From: Eubacterium sp.
GTDB lineage: Bacteria > Bacillota > Clostridia > Lachnospirales > Lachnospiraceae
NCBI GenBank assembly: GCA_017619835.1
Contig: JAFZRN010000008.1
Span: 25,490 to 89,489, forward strand
Direction: 5' to 3'
Length of the DNA: 64,000 bases
Shown: positions 34,524 through 44,576 of the stretch, piece after piece
How positions within the stretch are numbered: position 1 is the stretch's first letter
How the letters are laid out: each line of letters opens with the position of its first letter
The notes under the pieces: generated by a model
The model's database searches: none
What the model was told of the DNA's origin: nothing
The model's input: only the letters and a program-made list of their open reading frames with translations
Made by a program: the position numbers and the translations under genes

Positions 34524-34733
34524 AATGCTACACTCCCCTTTAAAGTATTTAACTACCGTCATTATACATTTATTGACTGATTTTGCAAAGAAAAGCATAA
34601 AAATCTATGGTATCCAATGGATACTTTTGCTCGAAATGGCTGTTTTCGGGCTTTTTTCTATTGAAATAAAAAAAGAGAATGGTAGAGTATAATATATGAT
34701 TCTTTACTATAAATTGAAGGGAGAAAGATTGGG

Positions 34734-37700
34734 ATGGAAAGAATTATAAAAAAGAAAACCATAGTTATGTTCCTGATGACATTTGCTATGGTATTTTTTA
34801 TTGCTCCGAAAATCAGCGTGACAAAGGTTCAGGCTGCAGGAGATGAATTTACAGATGGAGATTTCACATTTGTTTTTGATAGTGAGAATCCTAATTATGT
34901 ATGGGTTAAAAGCTGGACAAATCCGACAGGTGAGCCTGCAGAGGTAGAAGTTCCAATGATCAGTCATGATCCGGAAGATGAATATACATATCATGATGTG
35001 GTTGGAATATGTAAAGATGCTTTTAAGAATCAAAATGTAGTTTCTGTTATTATTGGTGGATATGTCTGGGAAATAGGAGAAGGAGCATTTTCCGGGAATC
35101 CGATCAAATCAGTAACTATTCCTTCAAACGTTCAATATATTAAAGAGAATGCATTTAAAGATTGTGAAGGAATGGAATGTGCATTTTTTGATAATGATTC
35201 TGTAAATATAGGCAAGGGTGCTTTTGACAGCACTGTTAAGATTTACGCAGAAGCCGGTTCTTCTGTAGAGACCTATGCAACTAGTAATGGTAATGAATTC
35301 AGCAACAGTTATAATAAGGTTATAAGAAAAATAAATGTAACGGTATCTGATTTTACATTTCCCAGGTATGGCGACAAGGTAGTTACACCATCATTCAGCA
35401 TAAGTAGTACAGATCCGTATGAGGCAATAAACAAAATATCGTTAACATCAGAATGTGGATGGTATGATAGTTTTCCTTATGGATCTAAATTTGGAGATGG
35501 TGAAAAACTAAGTAATCATGGTAAAGGCTTTTCATTAAAAGTCACCATTCATCCAAATGAGTATCCGGTTGAATATACATTTGAAGGGACACTTGTATAT
35601 TTTAATGGAAAGCTTGTAGATGGGCAGAATTATACTTCCTGGTGTGTTGCAGGCAGATTATTTGATGTTGATAAACCGGGTTATGTTTATCTTTCTCAAA
35701 GAAATAAAGATAGCAAAGGAAAAGGTAAAGTATGCTTTGATGGTACTGAATGGGATACATATAGGGATGAATACTTTGCTTCCGGAAAAACAATAAATAT
35801 CCATGCTCAACCGGATGATGACAGTGTGTTTATTGGATGGAAAAGAAACGATGAGGATACATTTATATCGACAGATGCAGATATTACAATTACAACCCCT
35901 GATAGTGATGAGACGGATTCATACTATGCATATTTTGAAAAGAAAATCCCTGCAACGGGGAAGTTGAATTCTTCTGTTAATTATACATTTGATAGTGCAA
36001 CGGGAACAATGACATTTATACCAACATTGGAGGATGAAGATGGACATAAAACAGGAAGCCTTACAGGGTTCAGTTATTCTTCATCCAGTTCTGACAGAAG
36101 CCCAATTTATCATACTACTATAGTTAAACATATAGTAATAGAGGAAGGAATAACGGAAATAGGTGCTTATTTCGTTTATGAATCCCAGAATGTGGAAGAT
36201 ATATCAATTCCTGCTACTGTTAAAGGAATATCATACGATGCTTTTTCTGATTCAAAAATAGGAAAGTTTATAGTAGCTTCGGGGAGCGAGTCGTTTACTG
36301 CCGATAACGGAAGTCTTTTCAGTAAAGATAAAAAAACCATGGTCAGATATGCGTCAGCTATTGATGGTCTGAATTATGTTGTTCCTGAAGGAGTAACAAG
36401 AATTCAAAGAAGCTGTTTTGAAGGAGCGGTTCTTGATACAGTCACTCTGAAGGGAGAAGGACTAGTTTTAGAGGCATATGCTTTAAGGTGTTCATATAAG
36501 CATCTTATCATCTCTGAAGGAGTTAAAGAACTTGGGGATTACAGTTCATGCCCTTCAGAAGATGCAATTATTTCACTTCCGGCATCGCTGAGCTATGTAG
36601 GAAATCAGGGGATTATCGATTCTGATAATATTGTTGAAATAAAAGTGGCAGAAGGGAATGAATATTATAAATGTATTGATGGTGTGTTGTATTCAATAAT
36701 TCATGATGATACACTTTCACTTCATAAATATCCGGGTGGAAAGACAGATGCTTCCTATACAACACCTGAACAGGCTGAAAAAATCAACTGGTGTGCGATA
36801 AGAGGCAATGATTATCTGAAGGATGTTACTGTTTCTTCGGGAATAAAGGAAATAAATGGCGGTGGTATCTCATATCTTAAAGATGCCACTGTAACAATTC
36901 AAAACCCTGACTGCATAATTGCTTCAGGTGCATTTGAATACTGCACCAATCTTACCCTTAAGGGAGCGAAGGGTTCGGCTGCATTTACATATGCAAAGGA
37001 AAATGGAATTAATTTCATCTGTATCGGTGAAGATTTAGGAAAGATGAGTTCTCCGACTAACATACGTTGGGACGGAACTAAGGTAAAGTGGGATCCGATA
37101 GAAGGTGCGAGATATAATGTTAAATTCTACAGAAACGAAAGTGGTTCCTGGTATCATGTTTATTCAGAGGACAAAGTAATAACTGATGGAACATGTGAAA
37201 TGGATTATAAGAGTCTTATGTGGTATAAGGATGCCGGGTATAAGATTACTATCAGTGCTTCAAAGGTTGGATATGATGATAGTGATGAGGCTGAATCTCC
37301 GGTTGCTTCAGGACTCTTTAACAGAGGAACCTTTGATTCTGAGATAGATGGCGATACTATCCTTGCTCAGTTTGATATAGGCGATAATACAGATTATAGC
37401 TGGTTTAGTTATTATGTGACATTCTACGATGATACAGATACTCTGAAATATGGTGTATGGTTTAATGTTTCCAGCAAAAATGAATATCCTAATCTGAGAG
37501 AACTTCTCGCGTCGAAAGATGCTCCATATGGTAAATACAAGGTAAATATCAGTAAGAATATCGAATATTATGGATGGACTGTAGGAATAGCAGGAGCAAA
37601 TGCTAAAGTAGAATATGATTATCAGCCAATACCTAAAGTGATCAAGGTAGAAATGGATATTCCCGAACCGGTTCATGGAGCACCGGCAGCATGTATTGAC

Positions 37701-38813
37701 AGTCTGAAGGTAAAAACATACTGCGGAGAAACGGTGCTTGATGCGCTTGGAAAGTCAACACAGTATTATGAGAACTGCTATCAGTATAAAGAGGATGATT
37801 CTTCTTCCTGGACCGGATGCGGATGGTATGATGATATTGTAAAAAAGGGAAAATATCAGTATGCTTATTATCTCATTTTAAATGCAAAGAAGGGATACGA
37901 GATATCTGAGGATATACAACTATTTATAAATGGAGAATACGCCAAAGATCGTATTATAGAAAAGACATCTTCATCTATTAAGCTCAGATACGAATTTCCT
38001 ATCGGAACAAAAGCATATGAATATATTGATACTGTTACCGTGACCGGTGACTATACTTTGCCTAAGGCCGGAGAGGATATAAAAGATCCTGAAAATGTAC
38101 AGGTTGCCGAAGAAGGCCTTTCAGTAAGAGAAGCTTACTGGATCACAAAAGACGGAAGTGACTGGAAGAACGAAAAGGTTACCGGAAAGTTTGAAGCCGG
38201 CAAAGAATATGCTATATATGTAGATATTAAGGCTGATGAAGAAAATGATTTCAGATTTGCGGATTCTCTTGGAACAATAGCTGTTTTCGGAGACTGTGAA
38301 GCAATATGCGATCAGTTTTCAATGTCAAGTACATCTCTTATCAAGGTGATCGGAAAGCCTGAAGCCGAGCCTACTCCTACACCAACTACCGAGACGACAA
38401 CAACACCGACAGCCGGTCCGGATGCAACACCTGCTCCGGGAACAGAAGCAACACCTACACCGGGCGCTGAGATTACACCTACGGCAGCACCTGATACCGA
38501 AAATGTTAAGGCTCCGGGCAAGGTGACTTTAAAGACAGCTAAGAATAAGAAGGGTAAGAAGCTCTATGTCAAGTGGGATAAGAAAAAGGATGTTGCAGGC
38601 TATGAAGTTCAGTACTCATTAAAGAAGAACTTCTCAAAGGCGAAGAAGGCCAAGACAAAGATTAAGAGTACAGTCAAAAATTCTATTACAATAAAGAAGC
38701 TTACCAGAAAAAAGAACTACTATGTACGAGTCAGAGCTTATAAGCTTGATTCGGCAGGAAACAGAGTATACGGTAAGTGGAGCAAAGTTAAAAAAGTTAA
38801 GATAAAGAAATAG
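34734..38813 (+). CDS. Large secreted surface protein with BspA-type leucine-rich repeats, Ig/repeat modules, a Pro/Thr linker and a Lys-rich Fn3-like C-terminal module
   Basis: Signal peptide ..KVQAAG. LRR_5-like blocks such as ICKDAFKNQNVVSVIIGG..IGEGAFSGNPIKSVTIPSNVQYIKENAFKDC. PT-rich linker EPTPTPTTETTTTPTAGPDATPAPG. The C-terminus reads AGYEVQYSLKKNF...YYVRVRAYK. There is no LPXTG motif. Confidence 0.8.
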   Translation: MERIIKKKTIVMFLMTFAMVFFIAPKISVTKVQAAGDEFTDGDFTFVFDSENPNYVWVKSWTNPTGEPAEVEVPMISHDPEDEYTYHDVVGICKDAFKNQNVVSVIIGGYVWEIGEGAFSGNPIKSVTIPSNVQYIKENAFKDCEGMECAFFDNDSVNIGKGAFDSTVKIYAEAGSSVETYATSNGNEFSNSYNKVIRKINVTVSDFTFPRYGDKVVTPSFSISSTDPYEAINKISLTSECGWYDSFPYGSKFGDGEKLSNHGKGFSLKVTIHPNEYPVEYTFEGTLVYFNGKLVDGQNYTSWCVAGRLFDVDKPGYVYLSQRNKDSKGKGKVCFDGTEWDTYRDEYFASGKTINIHAQPDDDSVFIGWKRNDEDTFISTDADITITTPDSDETDSYYAYFEKKIPATGKLNSSVNYTFDSATGTMTFIPTLEDEDGHKTGSLTGFSYSSSSSDRSPIYHTTIVKHIVIEEGITEIGAYFVYESQNVEDISIPATVKGISYDAFSDSKIGKFIVASGSESFTADNGSLFSKDKKTMVRYASAIDGLNYVVPEGVTRIQRSCFEGAVLDTVTLKGEGLVLEAYALRCSYKHLIISEGVKELGDYSSCPSEDAIISLPASLSYVGNQGIIDSDNIVEIKVAEGNEYYKCIDGVLYSIIHDDTLSLHKYPGGKTDASYTTPEQAEKINWCAIRGNDYLKDVTVSSGIKEINGGGISYLKDATVTIQNPDCIIASGAFEYCTNLTLKGAKGSAAFTYAKENGINFICIGEDLGKMSSPTNIRWDGTKVKWDPIEGARYNVKFYRNESGSWYHVYSEDKVITDGTCEMDYKSLMWYKDAGYKITISASKVGYDDSDEAESPVASGLFNRGTFDSEIDGDTILAQFDIGDNTDYSWFSYYVTFYDDTDTLKYGVWFNVSSKNEYPNLRELLASKDAPYGKYKVNISKNIEYYGWTVGIAGANAKVEYDYQPIPKVIKVEMDIPEPVHGAPAACIDSLKVKTYCGETVLDALGKSTQYYENCYQYKEDDSSSWTGCGWYDDIVKKGKYQYAYYLILNAKKGYEISEDIQLFINGEYAKDRIIEKTSSSIKLRYEFPIGTKAYEYIDTVTVTGDYTLPKAGEDIKDPENVQVAEEGLSVREAYWITKDGSDWKNEKVTGKFEAGKEYAIYVDIKADEENDFRFADSLGTIAVFGDCEAICDQFSMSSTSLIKVIGKPEAEPTPTPTTETTTTPTAGPDATPAPGTEATPTPGAEITPTAAPDTENVKAPGKVTLKTAKNKKGKKLYVKWDKKKDVAGYEVQYSLKKNFSKAKKAKTKIKSTVKNSITIKKLTRKKNYYVRVRAYKLDSAGNRVYGKWSKVKKVKIKK

Positions 38814-38822
38814 TTTTTCAGG

Positions 38823-38852
38823 ATGCGGGGCCGAAAAGGCTCCGCATTTTGT
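38823..38852 (+). terminator. Rho-independent terminator after the LRR gene
   Basis: ATGCGGGGCC-gaaaa-GGCTCCGCAT (10 bp including one G.U pair) followed by TTTTGTT. Confidence 0.8.
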
Positions 38853-38861
38853 TAAAAGAAC

Positions 38862-38936
38862 TTGACATATTTGTTACAGGGTGGTAACATACCCTTGTAA
38901 TAAATATGTAACATTTAGAACGAAATTGTAACATTT
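38862..38936 (+). promoter_or_regulatory. Promoter-like region with clustered TGTAACA/TGTTACA motifs upstream of the SleB-like gene
   Basis: TTGACA, 17-nt spacer, TAACAT at 38862-38890. Inverted repeat TGTTAC-N6-GTAACA at 38872-38889. Direct repeat TGTAACATTT at 38907-38916 and 38927-38936, a 20-nt period. Confidence 0.3.
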
Positions 38937-39028
38937 GTTTACATAATGTTGCTAATTTGTAATATTTTGTTAAACAAATCAAAAAAACCGGCATATTTTG
39001 TGGTTTTTGGGAGAGAGGCATAACTTTA

Positions 39029-40189
39029 ATGAAACGCAGAACTGAAATCAAACTTGAGAATATGAAGCTATTTTCCAAAAAGTATGTTTTTTCAGGAAGA
39101 TATATAGTAAGAAATACTCTTTGTGTACTTGCTCTTGCAGCTATTACCGGTGCAGCAGTATTTGCAGCTGATGTGATCGGAGATGTAAAGGTAAGCACAG
39201 CAAGTGTAGTAAAGGCAGTTGAGACTGAGGAAGTTACAACAGAGGCTACTGAGGAGAAAGCTCCGGAAGAGTATGTTGTTAAGCTCAGTGACAGCAGCGT
39301 AATAGAGATGGAGTCACTTGATGCTCTGTATACATGTTTTGAAGAGGACGGAGTTGTTCAGTCTTCAGCAAATGCAGCTGAATACCTCATGCAGTCTGAA
39401 ACAGACATGACAGGAAGATATATAGTAACTACCGAAGCTCTTTATCTTCGTGCCGAGGCTTCACAGGAGGGTAACATCCTCGCTGTTCTTTATACAGGTG
39501 ATACCGGCAAGGTTGTAGGTACTGATGGTGACTGGACAATGATCGTATCCGGAGATGAAGAAGGATATGTTAAGTCAGAATATATCATCGTTGATGAAGA
39601 AGCAACCGAGATAGCTAAGAAGGCAGCTGAAGATAAGAAGTCTTTAAGAGATACCATCGGTGTTGATGAATCTATATATGCTCAGGCAGCTACAGAGGCT
39701 CCTACTGAGAGTGCTACTACTTCAAGCACATCTTCAACAGATACTTCTACTCAGAGCGCTTCAACAGAACCTTCAACACAGGCTGCTACACAGGCAACTA
39801 CCGAAGCAACAACACAGGCACCTTCATATGAAGCATCATCAAGCGATCTGTATCTTCTTGCAGCTATCGTATTCGGTGAGGCAGGTAACCAGTCCTACGA
39901 AGGACAGCTTGCAGTAGCAAGTGTAGTTATGAACAGACTTCATAACGGAGCCTGGGGAAATACAATCTCAAGTGTTATATATGCTCCTAACCAGTTTGCT
40001 GCAACAAGCACTGCTGCATTCCAGAATGCTCTTGTAACAGGTGGTTCTGATACTTGTCTTCAGGCAGCTCAGGCAGCTCTTAACGGAGAGAACAATGTCG
40101 GAAGCTATATGTCATTCAGACCTACATGGGCTATAAACACATCAACCTTATCAAGTTATATACAGATAGGAGATCACATCTTCTTCTAA
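39029..40189 (+). CDS. Secreted cell-wall hydrolase, SH3b plus SleB/CwlJ-type (Hydrolase_2) domain
   Basis: SH3b-like LYLRAEASQEGNILAVLYTGDTGKVV...WTMI. Ser/Thr/Gln linker. LLAAIVFGEAGNQSYEGQLAVASVVMNR...YAPNQFA. Confidence 0.8.
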   Translation: MKRRTEIKLENMKLFSKKYVFSGRYIVRNTLCVLALAAITGAAVFAADVIGDVKVSTASVVKAVETEEVTTEATEEKAPEEYVVKLSDSSVIEMESLDALYTCFEEDGVVQSSANAAEYLMQSETDMTGRYIVTTEALYLRAEASQEGNILAVLYTGDTGKVVGTDGDWTMIVSGDEEGYVKSEYIIVDEEATEIAKKAAEDKKSLRDTIGVDESIYAQAATEAPTESATTSSTSSTDTSTQSASTEPSTQAATQATTEATTQAPSYEASSSDLYLLAAIVFGEAGNQSYEGQLAVASVVMNRLHNGAWGNTISSVIYAPNQFAATSTAAFQNALVTGGSDTCLQAAQAALNGENNVGSYMSFRPTWAINTSTLSSYIQIGDHIFF

Positions 40190-40207
40190 AGTATGCATAT
40201 ATTTAAA

Positions 40208-40240
40208 CAGCCACGGTGCTAAGCACCGTGGCTGATTTTT
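40208..40240. terminator. Terminator shared by the SleB-like gene (+) and argG (-)
   Basis: CAGCCACGGTGC-taa-GCACCGTGGCTG is a 12-bp perfect stem followed by ATTTTTG. Confidence 0.85.
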
Positions 40241-40259
40241 GTTTACCTTATTTTTATTC

Positions 40260-41477
40260 TTATTTATTTCTCTCCTGATCGAGCATAGCCCTGACCTTCA
40301 TAGGAAGTCCGAAGAGATTGATGAATCCGCTTGCATCCTTATGATCATAGAGATCTCCGGTTGTGAAGCTTGCGAGTGATTCTGAATAAAGTGTATATGG
40401 TGAAGTTGTTCCGGCTTTGATGATGTTGCCCTTGTAAAGCTTGAACTTAACTGTTCCTGTAACTCTTTCATCTGTCTTCTCAACGAATGCCTGAAGTGAT
40501 TCGCGGAGCGGGCAGAACCATTTTCCTTCATATACAAGGTCTGCAAACTTGATACCGATGTGACGCTTGAAATCAAGTGTGTCACGGTCGAGGATTAATT
40601 CTTCAAGCTGCTTATGAGCTTCCATGAGGATTGTTCCTCCCGGTGTCTCATATACGCCACGGCTCTTCATTCCGACAACACGGTTCTCAACTATATCGAT
40701 GATTCCGATTCCGTGCTTTCCGCCGAGACGGTTAAGTTCGCGGATGATATCGGAAACCTTCATTTCCTTACCGTTTACAGATGTAGGTACACCTGCTTCA
40801 AATGTAAGCTCTACATATTCGCCCTCATCAGGAGCCTTGTCCGGTGAAACACCAAGTACGAGAAGATGTTCATAGTTGGGCTCATTTGCGGGATCCTCAA
40901 GCTCAAGTCCTTCGTGGCTGATATGCCAGATGTTTCTGTCGCGGCTGTAGCTGTGTGATGCGTCGAAGGGAAGATTGATTCCCTTTGATTCGCAGTAGGC
41001 AATCTCGGACTCACGTGAGTCAAACTGCCAGTTGGGGTCTCTCCAGCATGCTATGATCCTGATGTCAGGAGCGAGTGCCTTGATGGCAAGCTCGAAACGG
41101 AGCTGATCATTTCCTTTACCTGTAGCACCGTGGCAGATTGCGGTTGCGCCTTCCTTACGGGCTATATCAACAAGAACCTTTCCAATAAGTGGTCTTGCAA
41201 ATGATGTTCCGAGGAGATACTTGTTCTCATACACGGCATCTGCCTTTACTGTAGGCATGATGTAGTTCTCGCAGAACTCATCAACTACGTCTACGATGTA
41301 GCACTTAGCCGCGCCGGAATATTTTGCTCTTTCTTCAAGACCATCAAGCTCTGATTCCTGACCGACATCGATACAGCAGCAGATTACTTCATAATCATAG
41401 GTTTCCTTCAGCCATGGAATGATAGCGGTTGTATCAAGTCCACCTGAATAAGCGAGTACGACTTTTTCCTTAGCCAT
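40260..41477 (-). CDS. argG: Argininosuccinate synthase
   Basis: [17 protein letters not shown].... ATG 41477 has a GGAGGAAAAGG SD. The 534-aa track ORF is a 129-codon upstream extension across the argJ promoter region. Confidence 0.95.
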   Translation of the reverse strand: MAKEKVVLAYSGGLDTTAIIPWLKETYDYEVICCCIDVGQESELDGLEERAKYSGAAKCYIVDVVDEFCENYIMPTVKADAVYENKYLLGTSFARPLIGKVLVDIARKEGATAICHGATGKGNDQLRFELAIKALAPDIRIIACWRDPNWQFDSRESEIAYCESKGINLPFDASHSYSRDRNIWHISHEGLELEDPANEPNYEHLLVLGVSPDKAPDEGEYVELTFEAGVPTSVNGKEMKVSDIIRELNRLGGKHGIGIIDIVENRVVGMKSRGVYETPGGTILMEAHKQLEELILDRDTLDFKRHIGIKFADLVYEGKWFCPLRESLQAFVEKTDERVTGTVKFKLYKGNIIKAGTTSPYTLYSESLASFTTGDLYDHKDASGFINLFGLPMKVRAMLDQERNK

Positions 41478-41646
41478 AACCTTTTCCTCCTTAAAAATTG
41501 CTTTCCTTATGATAGAATAAAACTCATCCAGAATCAAGAGAAACTTAAGGGGTTGCCTTGAAAAAACTTGAATTATTTTGAGTGGTGGAGTATTGTATAC
41601 AAGTATGAAAGATGTAGACGTCCCCAAATAAGATAGGAGAACACGT

Positions 41647-42921
41647 ATGATCAAGAAAATTGAAGGCGGAATTCTGGCCGCAAAAGGGTATAGTGTTGCC
41701 AGCATGAGAGTAGGTATCAAGCCTACGGGCGACAACAGAGATCTTACATTAATAAAGAGTGATGTGTCAGCTGACGTAGTCGGCACATTTACCAGAAATA
41801 AGGTTAAGGCTGCTCCTGTCAGATGGGACATGGAGGTGGTCGGCCGCGGAAAGGCCGATGCCATCGTTATAAATACAGGTATCGCAAATGCCGCTACCGG
41901 AACTCAGGGCTATGAGAACTGCCGGCTTGAGGCGGAGGCTGTTGCTTCAGCTCTTAATGTAAACCCCGACCGGGTGCTTACAGCATCGACAGGTGTTATC
42001 GGTCCGCAGATTCCCGTGGAGAAGATCATTTCCGGAATAAATGAGCTCTCAGGCAAGATGATAGGTATTCCTTATAAGAAGGAAGACTTAGAGGGCGGCT
42101 GGAATGAAGCTATAAAGGCAAATGCCGTGGTCGAGGCATTTGAGGCCGCAAAGGCTATCATGACGACTGATACCGTTCCGAAGGAGATTGCTCTTGAGTT
42201 TGAGGCGGGCGGAAAGACCTGTCATATCGGTGCAATGTGCAAGGGCTCGGGTATGATCCATCCCAACATGGGCACGATGCTCGGATTTATCCTTTCGGAC
42301 ATTGCGATAGACCGCTCCCTGGCAGACAGAATGCTTAAGGATGTTGTCGAGAAGACCTTCAACATGGTTTCTGTCGACGGAGATACATCAACGAATGATA
42401 CCGTGGTATGGCTTAGTAACGGTCTTGCCGAAAATGATATCGTTACGGAAGATAACGAAGAGGTTTATGAAGCTCTCTACACCGTATGCGAATATCTTGC
42501 CAAGAACATCGCGAGCGATGGAGAGGGTGCTACAAGACTCTTTACTGCTAAGGTTGTGGGGGCACCCGATTATGAGACGGCCAGGATCCTTGCAAAGTCC
42601 ATAATCACATCCAATCTTTCCAAGGCTGCGATATACGGTAGAGATGCCAATTGTGGAAGGATATTCTGCGCAATGGGCTATTCCGGCGCTGATTTCGATC
42701 CGGATAAGACAGATATAACAATGATGAGCAGTGAAGGCTCAATCAAGCTTATCGATCAGGGAACTCTGCCCGAGTTTTCCGAGGAGAAGGCTCTGAGGAT
42801 ACTGTCTCCCGATGAGATAACTGCACTCTGTGATATTCACGCAGGTGAGTTTGAGGCTACCGCATGGGGTTGTGACCTTACGCATGAATATGTTACAATC
42901 AACGCGGACTACAGATCATAG
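41647..42921 (+). CDS. argJ: Bifunctional glutamate N-acetyltransferase / amino-acid acetyltransferase
   Basis: [19 protein letters not shown], and the [14 protein letters not shown] autoprocessing region. Confidence 0.92.
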   Translation: MIKKIEGGILAAKGYSVASMRVGIKPTGDNRDLTLIKSDVSADVVGTFTRNKVKAAPVRWDMEVVGRGKADAIVINTGIANAATGTQGYENCRLEAEAVASALNVNPDRVLTASTGVIGPQIPVEKIISGINELSGKMIGIPYKKEDLEGGWNEAIKANAVVEAFEAAKAIMTTDTVPKEIALEFEAGGKTCHIGAMCKGSGMIHPNMGTMLGFILSDIAIDRSLADRMLKDVVEKTFNMVSVDGDTSTNDTVVWLSNGLAENDIVTEDNEEVYEALYTVCEYLAKNIASDGEGATRLFTAKVVGAPDYETARILAKSIITSNLSKAAIYGRDANCGRIFCAMGYSGADFDPDKTDITMMSSEGSIKLIDQGTLPEFSEEKALRILSPDEITALCDIHAGEFEATAWGCDLTHEYVTINADYRS

Positions 42922-42967
42922 GATATATTCTTGGCAAAGCGAAGAATCTAATAGATGAGGAGTAATT

Positions 42968-43864
42968 ATGATGAAGAAAAATGATGATATAGAAGAGGTT
43001 ATGAAGAAAGCCCAGACCCTTATCGAGGCGCTTCCTTATATAAAGAAGTTTAACGGTAAGAAGATCGTTGTAAAGTACGGCGGTTCCGCAATGCTGGACG
43101 AAAACCTTAAGTTCAATGTTATACAGGATGTTGCCCTGCTTAAGCTGGTTGGCTTTAAGCCGATCATCGTTCATGGCGGAGGCAAGGAGATCAGTAAGTG
43201 GATCGACAGGCTCGGAATGGAGACCCAGTTCCAGAACGGTCTCAGGGTAACAGATGAGAATACTCTTGAGGTTGCCGAGATGGTCCTTAATAACGTTAAC
43301 AGGAGCCTGGTTGGACTCATGTCCAAGGTGGGTCTTAATGCTGTGGGAATCAGCGGTAAGGATGCAGGACTTCTCAAGGTTCAGAAGAAATATTCCGACG
43401 GAAAGGATATCGGATATGTAGGTGAGGTTGTGGCAACTGACTGCTCAGTTATAGATTCACTTCTTGATGCCGATTTTATTCCCGTTGTCGCACCTATAGG
43501 AATGGGTATCGATGATGACCATGACTACAATATCAATGCCGATGACTGTGCATGCGCGATCGCAACCGCAGTAAAAGCAGAGAAACTGGTTTTCCTTACG
43601 GATATCGAGGGTGTATTCACGGATCCTACAGATAAGAAGACTCTTATCTCAGAAATGTTCATAGACGAAGCACAGGCTCTTATTGATGAAGGCGTTGTCG
43701 GCGGCGGTATGCTTCCGAAACTTCAGAATTGTATTGATGCCATGAAGAATGGCGTATCCAGAGTCCATATCCTTGACGGACGTCTTGAGCATTGTCTGTT
43801 GCTTGAGTTCTATACCGATACAGGTATCGGAACTGCTATCAGGAAGGAAGATGAAACACTTTAA
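42968..43864 (+). CDS. argB: Acetylglutamate kinase
   Basis: [25 protein letters not shown]. Confidence 0.92.
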   Translation: MMKKNDDIEEVMKKAQTLIEALPYIKKFNGKKIVVKYGGSAMLDENLKFNVIQDVALLKLVGFKPIIVHGGGKEISKWIDRLGMETQFQNGLRVTDENTLEVAEMVLNNVNRSLVGLMSKVGLNAVGISGKDAGLLKVQKKYSDGKDIGYVGEVVATDCSVIDSLLDADFIPVVAPIGMGIDDDHDYNINADDCACAIATAVKAEKLVFLTDIEGVFTDPTDKKTLISEMFIDEAQALIDEGVVGGGMLPKLQNCIDAMKNGVSRVHILDGRLEHCLLLEFYTDTGIGTAIRKEDETL

Positions 43865-43934
43865 ATCTTCCGGTTTATATGATAAAATAAATAAGTTATA
43901 CGTACTCCTGCATATTGTCCCGAGAGGAGGATAA

Positions 43935-44561
43935 ATGCAGAATAAAATATCATATATAAAAAGAGCTGTGAGAAGCCTGAAAACAGGATGTATTTTTTGT
44001 GTGCTTCTCACTTTAACCGCGTGTACGGGAGAGGATATAAATATCGAGACCGTGAAAGAGACCGAGGCTGTCCCGGAGGAAATGACTTCCGAAGAAACGA
44101 CCCGGAATGATCCCGGAACCATATATGTATATGTGTGCGGCGCGGTGGAAAATGAAGGCGTGTACGAATTAAGCTCGGATTCAAGAGTAACAGATGCTCT
44201 CGATATGGCCGGCGGCTACAGAGAGGATGCCTTCAGGGGATATGTTAATCTTGCGGAAAAGCTGAGTGACGGACAGAGGATATATATCCCGACAGAGCAG
44301 GAAGTAGAAAAAAACGAGATAGTGATCAGTACCGGAACCGGTGATGATGCTTCAAAGGATGATAACGGACTGATCGATATCAATAAAGCCGATAAGGAAG
44401 CACTTACAACGCTTTCGGGAATAGGTGATTCGAGAGCCGAGGATATAATAGCCTACCGCGAGTCCTCGGGAGGATTTGGAACCATAGAAGATATAAAGAA
44501 TGTAAGCGGTATCGGAGAGGCTACATTTGATCGGATTAAAGATAGGATAACAGTCAACTGA
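43935..44561 (+). CDS. comEA: ComEA-family DNA-binding protein (SLBB plus helix-hairpin-helix)
   Basis: IYVYVCGAVENEGVYEL.. is SLBB-like. INKADKEALTTLSGIGDSRAEDIIAYRE..GGFGTIEDIKNVSGIGEATFDRIKD is the HhH repeat. Confidence 0.85.
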   Translation: MQNKISYIKRAVRSLKTGCIFCVLLTLTACTGEDINIETVKETEAVPEEMTSEETTRNDPGTIYVYVCGAVENEGVYELSSDSRVTDALDMAGGYREDAFRGYVNLAEKLSDGQRIYIPTEQEVEKNEIVISTGTGDDASKDDNGLIDINKADKEALTTLSGIGDSRAEDIIAYRESSGGFGTIEDIKNVSGIGEATFDRIKDRITVN

Positions 44562-44576
44562 TAGAGAGGAGACGGT

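Noticed and set aside
41478-41646. ARG boxes (ArgR/AhrC operators) in the argG/argJ divergent region
   Set aside because: Only half-site-level matches were found: TTGAATTATTTTGAG at about 41568 and AGAATAAAACTCAT at about 41513. No full TGAAT-N4-ATTCA palindrome could be supported by eye. This needs a PWM scan.
41478-41864. 129-codon N-terminal extension of the argG ORF in the track (534 aa)
   Set aside because: The canonical ArgG N-terminus [17 protein letters not shown] begins at ATG 41477 with a strong SD. The extension crosses the divergent promoter region and overlaps the 5' end of argJ.
43649-44122. 157-aa minus-strand ORF spanning the argB/comEA junction
   Set aside because: It is antisense to two confidently identified genes and has no motif support.
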